A stretch of DNA of 64,000 nt from Eledone cirrhosa. Lineage: Eukaryota. The position numbers and the translations under genes were made by a program. The DNA is taken from assembly GCA_964016885.1 (NCBI GenBank), contig OZ024741.1, positions 7,564,001 through 7,628,000 of the forward strand, in the 5' to 3' direction. Below, one piece after another: positions 47,501 through 64,000 of this stretch. The notes under the pieces were generated by a model. That model saw only the letters and a list, made by a program, of their open reading frames with translations. It ran no database searches and was not told the origin of the DNA. Positions within the stretch are counted from its first letter, which is position 1, and each line of letters starts with the position of its first letter.

Positions 47501-50500
47501 CACTACATCACATCACATCACACCACACCACATCACATCACATCACACCACACCACACCACACCACACCACACCCACTACATGACATCACATCACACCAC
47601 ACCACACCACATCACACCACACCACACCACACTACATCACATCACACCACACCACACCACACCACACCACACTACATCACATCACACCACACCACACCAC
47701 ACCACACCACACCACACCACACCACACCACACACCACACCACACCACATCACACCACACCACACCGCACTACACCACATCACATCACACCACACCACCAC
47801 AGCACACCACACCACATCACACCACACCACACCACACCACACGCTACACCACACCACACCACACCACATCACACCACACCACACCACATAACATCACACC
47901 ACACCACACTACATCACACCACACCACACCACACCACACAACACCACACCACACCACACCACAACACACCACACCACACGCTACACCACACCACACCACA
48001 TCACACCATACCACACTACACCACACCACACACCATACCACACCATATCACATCACACCACACCACACCGCACATCACACCACACCACACCACATCACAT
48101 CACACCACACCACACCACACCACATCACACCACACCACACCACACCACACTACATCACATCACATCACATCACACCACACCACATCACACCACACCACAT
48201 CACACCACACCACACTACACCACACCACACACCACACTACACCACATCACATCACACCACACCACACCGCACATCACACCACACCACACCACACCACATC
48301 ACACCACACCACACCACACCACATCACACCACACCACACCACACCACACTACATCACATCACATCACATCACACCACACCACATCACAGCACACCACACC
48401 ACACCACACCACATCACATTACATCACACCACACCACACTACATCACACTACACCACACCACACCACACTATACTACATCACACCACACCACACTACATC
48501 ACATCACATCACACCACACCACACCACATCACACCACATCACATCACACCACACCACACCACACTACACCACACCACATCACACCACACCACACAACACC
48601 ACACCACACTACACCACATCACATCACACCACACCACACCACCACAGCACACCACACCACATCACACCACACCACACCACACCACACGCTACACCACACC
48701 ACACCACACCACATCACACCACACCACACCACATCACACCACACCACACCACACGACACCACACACCACACCACACCACATCACATCACACCACAGTACA
48801 TCACACCACACCACACCAAACCACACCACACCACACCACACGCTACACCACACCACACCACACCACATCACACCACATCACACCGCACCACACCACACCA
48901 CACAACACCACACCACATCACACCATACCACACTACACCACACCACACACCATACCACACCATATCACATCACACCACACCACACCGCACATCACACCAC
49001 ACCACACCACATCACATCACACCACACCACACCACACCACATCACACCACACCACACCACACCACACCACACTACATCACATCACATCACATCACACCAC
49101 ACCACATCACACCACACCACATCACACCACACCACACTACACCACACCACACACCACACTACACCACATCACATCACACCACACCACACCGCACATCACA
49201 CCACACCACACCACATCACATCACACCACACCACACCACACCACACCACATCACATCACACCACACCACACCACATCACAACACATCACACCACACCACA
49301 CCACACCACACCACACCACACGACACCACACCACATCACAACACATCACACCACACCACACTACATCACATCACACCACACCACACCACATCACACCACA
49401 CCACACCACACTACATCACATCACACCACACCACACCACACTACATCACACTACATCACATCACATCACACCACACCACACCACACCACACTACATCACA
49501 CCACACACCACACCACACCACATCACACCACACTACACTACATCACATCACACCACACCACACCACACCACACCACACCACACCACATCACATCACATCA
49601 CACCACACCACACCACATCACAACACATCACACCACACCACACTACATCACATCACATCACACCACGCCACACCACACTACATCACATCACACCACACCA
49701 CACCACACCACACTACATCACACTACATCACATCACATCACATCACACCACACCACACTACATCACATCACACCACACCACACCACACCACACTACATCA
49801 CACTACATCACATCACATCACACCACGCCACACCACACCACACTACATCACACCACACACCACACCACACCACATCACACCACACCACACCACACCACAC
49901 CACACCACATCACACCACACAGCACACCACACCACATCACACCACACCACACCACACTACATCACACTACATCACATCACATCACACCACACCACACCAC
50001 ACACCACACCACACCACATCAAACCACACCACACCACACCACACCACACCACACCACACCACACCACACCACATCACACCACACACCACACCACACCACA
50101 TCACATCACACCACACCACACTACATCACATCACATCACACCACACCACACCACACCACACCACACCACACCACACCACACACCACACCACATCACACCA
50201 CACCACACCACACTACATCACACTACATCACATCACATCACACCACACCACACCACACCACACCACGCCACACCACACCACACCACACTACATCACATTA
50301 CATCACACCACACCACACCACACCACACCACACCACACCACACCACATCAAACCACACCACACCACACCACACCACACCACACCACACCACACCACACCA
50401 CACCACACCACATCAAACCACACCACACCACACCACACCACATCACACCACACCACACCACACCACACTACATCACATCACACCACACCACACCACATCA

Positions 50501-53500
50501 CACCACACCACACCACACTACATCACATCACATCACACCACACCACACCACATCACATCACATCACACCACACCACACCACACCACATCACACCACACCC
50601 ACTACATGACATCACATCACACCACACCACACCACATCACACCACACCACACCACACTACATCACATCACACCACACCACACCACACCACACCACACTAC
50701 ATCACATCACACCACACCACACCACATCACACCACACCACACCACATCACATCACACCACACCACACTACATCACATCACATCACACCACACCACACTAC
50801 ACCACATCACATCACATCACACCACACTACATACCACTACACCACACCACACCACACCACACCACACCACACCACACTATACTACATCACACTACACCAC
50901 ACCACACCACACCACACCACACTACATCACACTACACCACACCACACCACACCACACCACACCACACCACACCACACTACACCACACTACACCACACTAC
51001 ATCACATCACACCACACCACACCACACCACATCACACCACACCACATCACACCACACCACACCACACCACATCACACCACACCACATCACACTACACCAC
51101 ACCACACCACACCACACTGCACAACACTACATCACACTACACCACACCACACCACACTACACCACACCACATCACACCACACTACATCACACTACACCAC
51201 ACCACACCACACTACACCACACCACATCACACCACACTACATCACACCACACTACATCACACTACACCACACCACACCACACCACACTGCACAACACTAC
51301 ATCACACTACACCACACCACACCACACCACACCACACTACACTACACCACACTACACCCCACTACATCACATCACATCACACCACACCACACCATATCAC
51401 ACCACACCACACCACACTACACCGTACTACACTACACTACATCACACCACACCACACAACACCACACCACACCACACCACACTACACCACACTACATCAC
51501 ACTACACCACACCACACCACACCACATCACACCACACCACACCACACCACACCACACCACACCACACCACACCACACCACACCACACCACACCACACGCT
51601 ACACCACACCACATCACACCACACCACACTACACCACATCACATCACACCACACCACCACACCACACCACACCACACCACACCACATCACATCACACCAC
51701 ACCACACCACATCACACCACACAACACCACACCACACCACACCACACCACACCACACCACACCACACGCTAAAACACACCACACCACATCACATCACACC
51801 ACACCACATCACACCACACCACACCACACCACACCACACCACACCACACCACACCACACCACACCACACCACACACCACACCACATCACATCACACCACA
51901 CCACACCACACATCACACCACACCACACCAAATCACATCACACCACACCACACCACATCACACCACACCACACCACACCACACCACACCACACTACATCA
52001 CATCACATCACACCACACCAAACCACACCACACCACATCACACCACACCACACCACACCACACCACATCACATCACATCACATCACACCACACCACACTA
52101 CATCACACTACACCACACCACACCACACTATACTACATCACACCACACCACACTACATCACATCACATCACACCACACCACACCACACCACATCACACCA
52201 CATCACATCACACCGCACCACACCACACCACACCACACCACACCACATCACACCACACCACACCACACAACACCACACCACACCACACCACACCACACCA
52301 CACACCACACCACACCACATCACACACACCACACCGCACTACACCACATCACATCACACCACACCACACCACACCACACGCTACACCACACCACACAACA
52401 TCACACCACACCACACCACATCACACCACACCACACTACATCACACCACACCACACCACACCACACCACACAACACCACACCACACCACACCACAACACA
52501 CCACACCACATGCTACACCACACCACACCACATCACACCACACCACACTACACCACACCACACACCACACCACACCACATCACATCACACCACACCACAC
52601 TATACTACATCACACCACACTACATCACATCACATCACACCACACCACACCACATCACACCACATCACATCACACCACACCACACCACACTACACCACAC
52701 CACATCACACCACACCACACAACATCACACCACACCACATCACACCACACCACACCGCACTACACCACATCACATCACACCACACCACCACAGCACACCA
52801 CACCACATCACACCACACCACACCACACCACACGCTACACCACACCACACCACACCACATCACACCACACCACACCACATAACATCACACCACACCACAC
52901 TACATCACACCACACCACACCACACAACACCACACCACACCACACCACAACACACCACACCACACGCTACACCACACCACACCACATCACACCATACCAC
53001 ACTACACCACACCACACACCATACCACACCATATCACATCACACCACACCACACCGCACATCACACCACACCACACCACATCACATCACACCACACCACA
53101 CCACACCACATCACACCACACCACACCACACCACACCACACTACATCACATCACATCACATCACACCACACCACATCACACCACACCACATCACACCACA
53201 CCACACTACACCACACCACACACCACACTACACCACATCACATCACACCACACCACACCGCACATCACACCACACCACACCACACCACATCACACCACAC
53301 CACACCACACCACATCACACCACACCACACCACACCACACCACACCACACTACATCACATCACATCACACTACATCACATCACATCACATCACACCACAC
53401 CACATCACACCACACCACACCACACCACACCACACCACATCACATCACATCACACCACACCACACTACATCACACTACACCACACCACACCACACTATAC

Positions 53501-56500
53501 TACATCACACCACACCACACTACATCACATCACATCACACCACACCACACCACATCACACCACATCACATCACACCACACCACACCACACTACACCACAC
53601 CACATCACACCACACCACACAACACCACACCACACTACACCACATCACATCACACCACACCACACCACCACAGCACACCACACCACATCACACCACACCA
53701 CACCACACCACACGCTACACCACACCACACCACACCACATCACACCACACCACACCACATCACACCACACCACACCACACGACACCACACACCACACCAC
53801 ACCAAATCACACCACACCACAGTACATCACACCACACCACACCACACCACACCACACCACACCACACGCTACACCACACCACACCACACCACATCACACC
53901 ACATCACATCACACCGCACCACACCACACCACACCACACCACACCACACCACATCACACCATACCACACTACACCACACCACACACCATACCACACCATA
54001 TCACATCACACCACACCACACCGCACATCACACCACACCACACCACATCACATCACACCACACCACACCACACCACATCACACCACACCACACCACACTA
54101 CATCACATCACATCACATCACACCACACCACATCACACCACACCACACCACACCACACCACACTACACCACACCACACACCACACTACACCACATCACAT
54201 CACACCACACCACACCGCACATCACACCACACCACACCACACCACACCGCACTACACCACATCACATCACACCACACCACCACAGCACACCACATCACAT
54301 CACACCACACCACACCACACCACACGCTACACCACACCACACCACATCACACCACACCACACCACATCACACCACACCACACTACATCACACCACACCAC
54401 ACCACACCACACCACACAACACCACACCACACCACACCACAACACACCACACCACACGCTACACCACACCACACCACATCACACCACACCACACTACACC
54501 ACACCACACACCACACCACACCACATCACATCACACCACACCACACTATACTACATCACACCACACCACACTACATCACATCACATCACACCACACCACA
54601 CCACATCACACCACATCACATCACACCACACCACACCACACTACACCACACCACATCACACCACACCACACAACACCACACCACACCACACCACACCACA
54701 CTACACCACACCACACCACACCACACCACACCACACACCACACCACACCACATCACACCACACCACACCGCACTACACCACATCACATCACACCACACCA
54801 CCACAGCACACCACACCACATCACACCACACCACACCACACCACACGCTACACCACACCACACCACACCACATCACACCACACCACACCACATAACATCA
54901 CACCACACCACACTACATCACACCACACCACACCACACAACACCACACCACACCACACCACAACACACCACACCACACGCTACACCACACCACACCACAT
55001 CACACCATACCACACTACACCACACCACACACCATACCACACCATATCACATCACACCACACCACACCACATCACATCACACCACACCACACCACACCAC
55101 ATCACACCACACCACACCACACCACACCACACTACATCACATCACATCACATCACACCACACCACATCACACCACACCACATCACACCACACCACACTAC
55201 ACCACACCACACACCACACTACACCACATCACATCACACCACACCACACCGCACATCACACCACACCACACCACACCACATCACACCACACCACACCACA
55301 CCACATCACACCACACCACACCACACCACACCACACTACATCACATCACATCACATCACACCACACCACATCACACCACACCACACCACACCACACCACA
55401 CCACATCACATCACATCACACCACACCACACTACATCACACTACACCACACCACACCACACTATACTACATCACACCACACCACACTACATCACATCACA
55501 TCACACCACACCACACCACATCACACCACATCACATCACACCACACCACACCACACTACACCACACCACATCACACCACACCACACAACACCACACCACA
55601 CTACACCACATCACATCACACCACACCACACCACCACAGCACACCACACCACATCACACCACACCACACCACACCACACGCTACACCACACCACACCACA
55701 CCACATCACACCACACCACACCACATCACACCACACCACACCACACGACACCACACACCACACCACACCACATCACACCACACCACAGTACATCACACCA
55801 CACCACACCACACCACACCACACCACACCACACGCTACACCACACCACACCACACCACATCATACCACATCACATCACACCGCACCACACCACACCACAC
55901 CACACCACACCACATCACACCATACCACACTACACCACACCACACACCATACCACACCATATCACATCACACCACACCACACCGCACATCACACCACACC
56001 ACACCACATCACATCACACCACACCACACCACACCACATCACACCACACCACACCACACCACACCACACTACATCACATCACATCACATCACACCACACC
56101 ACATCACACCACACCACATCACACCACACCACACTACACCACACCACACACCACACTACACCACATCACATCACACCACACCACACCGCACATCACACCA
56201 CACCACACCACACCACATCACACGACACCACACCACACCAAATCACACCACACCACACCACACCACACCACACTACATCACATCACATCACATCACACCA
56301 CACCACATCACACCACACCACACCACACCACACCACATCACATCACATCACACCACACCACACTACATCACACTACACCACACCACACCACACTATACTA
56401 CATCACACCACACCACACTACATCACATCACATCACACCACACCACACCACATCACACCACATCACATCACACCACACCACACCACACTACACCACACCA

Positions 56501-59500
56501 CATCACACCACACCACACAACACCACACCACACTACACCACATCACATCACACCACACCACACCACCACAGCACACCACACCACATCATACCACACCACA
56601 CCACACCACACGCTACACCACACCACACCATACACCACACCACACCACACCACATCACACCACACCACACCACACCACACCACACCACACTATACTACAT
56701 CACACCACACCACACTACATCACACCACATCACACCACATCACATCACACCACACCACACCACACTACACCACACCACATCACACCACACCACACAACAC
56801 CACACCACACTACACCACATCACATCACACCACACCACACCACCACAGCACACCACACCACATCATACCACACCACACCACACCACACGCTACACCACAC
56901 CACACCATACACCACACCACACCACACCACATCACACCACACCACACCACATCACACCACACCACACCACACGACACCACACACCACACCACACCACATC
57001 ACACCACACCACACCACAGTACATCACACCACACCACACCACACCACACCACACCACACCACACGCTACACCACACCACACCACACCACATTACACCACA
57101 TCACATCACACCGCACCACACCACACAACACCACACCACACCACATCACACCACACCACACCACACAACACCACACCACACCACACCACATCACACCACA
57201 CCACACCACACCACACCACACCACACCACACCACACACCACACCACACCACATCACACACACCACACCGCACTACACCACATCACATCACACCACACCAC
57301 CACAGCACACCACACCACATCACACCACACCACACCACACCACACGCTACACCACACCACACCACATCACACCACACCACACCAGATCACACCACACCAC
57401 ACTACATCACACCACACCACACCACACCACACCACACAACACCACACCACACCACAACACACCACACCACACGCTACACCACACCACACCACATCACACC
57501 ACACCACACTACACCACACCACACACCACACCACACCACATCACATCACACCACACGACACCACACACCACACCACACCACATCACACCACACCACAGTA
57601 CATCACACCACACCACACCACACCACACCACACCACACCACACGCTACACCACACCACACCACACCACATCACACCACATCACATCACACCGCACCACAC
57701 CACACCACACCACACCACACCACATCACACCACACCACACCACACAACACCACACCACACCACACCACATCACACCACACCACACCACATCACATCACAC
57801 CACACCACACCACACCACATCACACCACACCACACCACACCACACCACACTACATCACATCACATCACACAACACCACATCACACCACACCACACCACAT
57901 CACACCACACCACACTACACCACACCACACCACACACCACACCACATCACATCACACCACACCACACCGCACATCACACCACACCACACCACACCACATC
58001 ACACCACACCACACCACACCACATCACACCACACCACACCACACCACACTACATCACATCACATCACATCACACCACATCACACCACACCACACCACACC
58101 ACACCACACCACATCACATCACATCACACCACACCACACTACATCACACTACACCACACCACACCACACTATACTACATCACATCACACCACACCACACC
58201 ACATCACACCACATCACATCACACCACACCACACCACACTACACCACACCACATCACACCACACCACACAACACCACACCACACCACACCACACCACACC
58301 ACACCACACCACACCACACCACACCACACACCACACCACACCACATCACACCACACCACACCGCACTACACCACATCACATCACACCACACCACCACAGC
58401 ACACCACACCACATCACACCACACCACACCACACGCTACACCACACCACACCACATCACACCACACCACACCACACCACATAACATCACACCACACCACA
58501 CTACATCACACCACACCACACCACACCACACAACACCACACCACACCACACCACAACACACAACACCACACGCTACACCACACCACACCACATCACACCA
58601 TACCACACTACACCACACCACACACCATACCACACCACATCACATCACACCACACCACACCGCACATCACACCACACCACACCACATCACATCACACCAC
58701 ACCACACCACACCACATCACACCACACCACACCACACCACACCACACTACATCACATCACATCACATCACACCACACCACATCACACCACACCACATCAC
58801 ACCACACCACACTACACCACACCACACACCACACCACACCACATCACATCACACCACACCGCACATCACACCACACCACACCACACCACATCACACCACA
58901 CCACACCACACCACACCACACCACACCACACCACACCACACTACATCACATCACATCACATCACACCACACCACATCACACCACACCACACCACATCACA
59001 TCACACCACACCACACTACATCACACTACACCACACCACACCACACTATACTACATCACACCACACCACACTACATCACATCACATCACACCACACCACA
59101 CCACATCACACCACATCACATCACACCACACCACACCACACTACACCACACCACATCACACCACACCACACAACACCACACCACACTACACCACATCACA
59201 TCACACCACACCACACCACCACAGCACACCACACCACATCACACCACACCACACCACACCACACGCTACACCACACCACACCACACCACATCACACCACA
59301 CCACACCACATCACATCACACCACACCACACCACATCCCACCACACCACACCACACCACACACCACACCACACCACACCACACCACACACCACACCACAC
59401 CACATCAAATCACACCACACCACAGTACATCACACCACACCACACCACACCACACCACACCACACGCTACACCATACCACACCACATCACACCACACCAC

Positions 59501-62500
59501 ACTACACCACATCACACCACACCACACCACATCCCACCACACCACACCACACCACACACCACACCACACCACACCACACCACACACCACACCACACCACA
59601 CCACACCACATCACACCACACCACACCACACCACACCACACCACACTACATCACATCACATCACACCACACCACACCACACCACATCACACCACATCACA
59701 CCACACCACACCACACCACACCACATCACATCACATTACATCACACCACACCACACCACACCACACCACACTACATCACACTACACCACACCACACCACA
59801 CTATACTACACTACACCACACTACATCACATCACATCACACCACACCACATCATACCACATCACATCACACCCCACAACACCACACCACACCACACCACA
59901 TCAGACCACACCACACCACACCACAGCACACCACACCACACACCACACCACACCACATCACACCACACCACACCACACTACACAACATCACATCACACCA
60001 CACCACACCACCACAGAACACCACACCACATCACACCACACCACATAACATCACACCACACCACACTACATCACACCACACCACACCACACCACACAACA
60101 CCACACCACACCACACCACAACACACCACACCACACGCTACACCACACCACACCACATCACACCATACCACACTACACCACACCACACACCATACCACAC
60201 CACATCACATCACACCACACCACACCGCACATCACACCACACCACATCACATCACACCACACCACACCACACCACATCACACCACACCACACCACACCAC
60301 ACCACACTACATCACATCACATCACATCACACCACACCACATCACACCACACCACATCACACCACACCACACTACACCACACCACACACCACACCACACC
60401 ACATCACATCACACCACACCACACCACACATCACACCACACCACACCACATCACACCACACCACACCACATCACACCACACCACACCACACCACACCACA
60501 CTACATCACATCACATCACATCACACCACACCACATCACACCACACCACACCACACCACACCACATCACATCACATCACACCACACCACACTACATCACA
60601 CTACACCACACCACACCACACTATACTACATCACACCACACCACACTACATCACATCACATCACACCACACCACACCACCTCACACCACATCACATCACA
60701 CCACACCACACCACACTACACCACACCACATCACACCACACCACACAACACCACACCACACCACACCACACCACACCACACCACACCACACCACACCACA
60801 CACCACACCACACCACATCACACCACACCACACCGCACTACACCACATCACATCACACCACACCACCACAGCACACCACACCACATCACACCACACCACA
60901 CCACACCACACGCTACACCACACCACACCACATCACACCACACCACACCACATAACATCACACCACACCACACTACATCACACCACACCACACCACACCA
61001 CACAACACCACACCACACCACACCACAACACACCACACCACACGCTACACCACACCACACCACATCACACCATACCACACTACACCACACCACACACCAT
61101 ACCACACCACATCACATCACACCACACCACACCACACCGCACATCACACCACACCACACCACATCACATCACACCACACCACACCACACCACATCACACC
61201 ACACCACACCACACCACACCACACTACATCACATCACATCACATCACACCACACCACATCACACCACACCACATCACACCACACCACACTACACCACACC
61301 ACACACCACACCACACCACATCACATCACACCACACCACACCGCACATCACACCACACCACACCACACCACATCACACCACACCACACCACACCACACCA
61401 CATCACACCACACCACACCACACCACACCACACCACACTACATCACATCACATCACATCACATCACACCACACCACATCACACCACACCACACCACACCA
61501 CATCACATCACATCACACCACACCACACTACATCACACTACACCACACCACACCACACTATACTACATCACACCACACCACACTACATCACATCACATCA
61601 CACCACACCACACCACATCACACCACATCACATCACACCACACCACACCACACTACACCACACCACATCACACCACACCACACAACACCACACCACACTA
61701 CACCACATCACATCACACCACACCACACCACCACAGCACACCACACCACATCACACCACACCACACCACACCACACGCTACACCACACCACACCACATCA
61801 CACCACACCACACCACATCACATCACACCACACCACACCACATCACACCACACCACAGTACATCACACCACACCACACCACACCACACCACACCACACGC
61901 TACACCATACCACACCACATCACACCACACCACACTACACCACATCACACCACACCACACCACATCCCACCACACCACACCACACACCACACCACACCAC
62001 ACCACACACCACACCACACCACATCAAATCACACCACACCACTCCACACATCACACCACACCACACCACACCACATCACATCACACCACACCACACCACA
62101 TCACACCACACCACACCACACCACACCACACTACATCACATCACATCACACCACACCACACCACACCACACCACACCGCACATCACACCACACCACACCA
62201 CACCACACCACATCACATCACATTACATCACACCACACCGCACCACACCACACTACATCACACTACACCACACCACATCACACTATACTACACTACACCA
62301 CACTACATCACATCACATCACACCACACCACATCACACCACATCACATCACACCACACAACACCACACCACACCACACCACATCACACCACACCACACCA
62401 CACCACAGCACACCACACCACACACCACACCACACCACATCACACCACACCACAACACACTACACAATATCACATCACACCACACCACACCACCACAGAA

Positions 62501-64000
62501 CACCACACCACATCACACCACACCACATAACATCACACCACACCACACTACATCACACCACACCACACCACACCACACAACACCACACCACACCACACCA
62601 CAACACACCACACCACACGCTACACCACACCACACCACATCACACCATACCACACTACACCACACCACACACCATACCACACCACATCACATCACACCAC
62701 ACCACACCGCACATCACACCACACCACATCACATCACACCACACCACACCACACCACATCACACCACACCACACCACACCACACCACACTACATCACATC
62801 ACATCACATCACACCACACCACATCACACCACACCACATCACACCACACCACACTACACCACACCACACACCACACCACACCACATCACATCACACCACA
62901 CCACACCGCACATCACACCACACCACACCACACCACATCACACCACACCACACCACACCACATCACACCACACCACACCACACCACACCACACTACATCA
63001 CATCACATCACATCACACCACACCACATCACACCACACCACACCACACCACACCACATCACATCACATCACACCACACCACACTACATCACACTACACCA
63101 CACCACACCACACTATACTACATCACACCACACCACACTACATCACATCACATCACACCACACCACACCACATCACACCACATCACATCACACCACACCA
63201 CACCACACTACACCACACCACATCACACCACACCACACAACACCACACCACACTACACCACATCACATCACACCACACCACACCACCACAGCACACCACA
63301 CCACATCACACCACACCACACCACACCACACGCTACACCACACCACACCACACCACATCACACCACACCACACCACATCACATCACACCACACCACACCA
63401 CATCACACCACACCACACCACACGACACCACACACCACACCACACCACATCACACCACACCACAGTACATCACACCACACCACACCACACCACACCACAC
63501 CACACCACACGCTACACCACACCACACCACATCACACCACACCACACTACACCACATCACACCACACCACACCACATCCCACCACACCACACCACACACC
63601 ACACCACACCACACCACACCACACACCACACCACACCACATCAAATCACACCACACCACTCCACACATCACACCACACCACACCACACCACATCACATCA
63701 CACCACACCACACCACATCACACCACACCACACCACACCACACTACATCACATCACATCACACCACACCACACCACATCACACCACATCACACCACACCA
63801 CACCACACCACACCACATCACATCACATCACATCACACCACACCACACCACACCACACTACATCACACTACACCACACCACACCACACTATACTACACTA
63901 CACCACACCACATCACATCACACCACACCACACCGCACATCACACCACACCACATCACATCACACCACACCACACCACACCACATCACACCACACCACAC
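41588..64000. repeat. Pentanucleotide satellite (CACCA)n with CATCA/CACTA variants, over 22 kb and running off the window
   Basis: Visible directly. The + strand is almost devoid of G. Confidence 0.98.

Noticed and set aside
46558-60048. 4496-aa His/Thr/Pro ORF
   Set aside because: It is a translation of the (CACCA)n satellite. The strand has almost no G and few TA steps, so stop codons are rare.
41588-64000. Telomere, or an array of Runx sites (ACCACA)
   Set aside because: It is not TTAGGG and is too degenerate for a telomerase product. The Runx match follows trivially from the 5-mer and has no other support.

Overview
Repeat-rich animal genomic DNA, probably from a coleoid cephalopod such as Octopus. 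That is an inference from the hugely expanded rRNA variable regions, the SINE style and the microsatellite load. No intact host protein-coding gene is evident. Layout: (1) 1-5.5 kb holds microsatellites, Penelope-type palindromes with a hammerhead ribozyme, a small Helitron and SINEs. (2) 5.5-36.9 kb is a head-to-tail chain of five Tx1-clade non-LTR retrotransposon copies or fragments, each ending in (TCTA)n. (3) An 18.5-kb rDNA block on the - strand (9489-28014) sits inside ORF2 of the first full-length Tx1 copy. It is one 17,015-bp unit plus an internally deleted second unit, and its two ends map only 20 nt apart in the 28S 3' domain. Its 18S lacks the 3' end. (4) The 28S is interrupted at the R2 target site by a 1.39-kb ORF-less, highly structured element. 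This element has a predicted HDV-like ribozyme, an internal copy of 28S helix 68, a long G-U-rich hairpin and a repeat/hairpin array. (5) 37-41.5 kb holds simple repeats and SINEs. (6) 41.6-64 kb is a (CACCA)n satellite with higher-order repeats. All RNA folds were paired by eye and none has been computed or searched.
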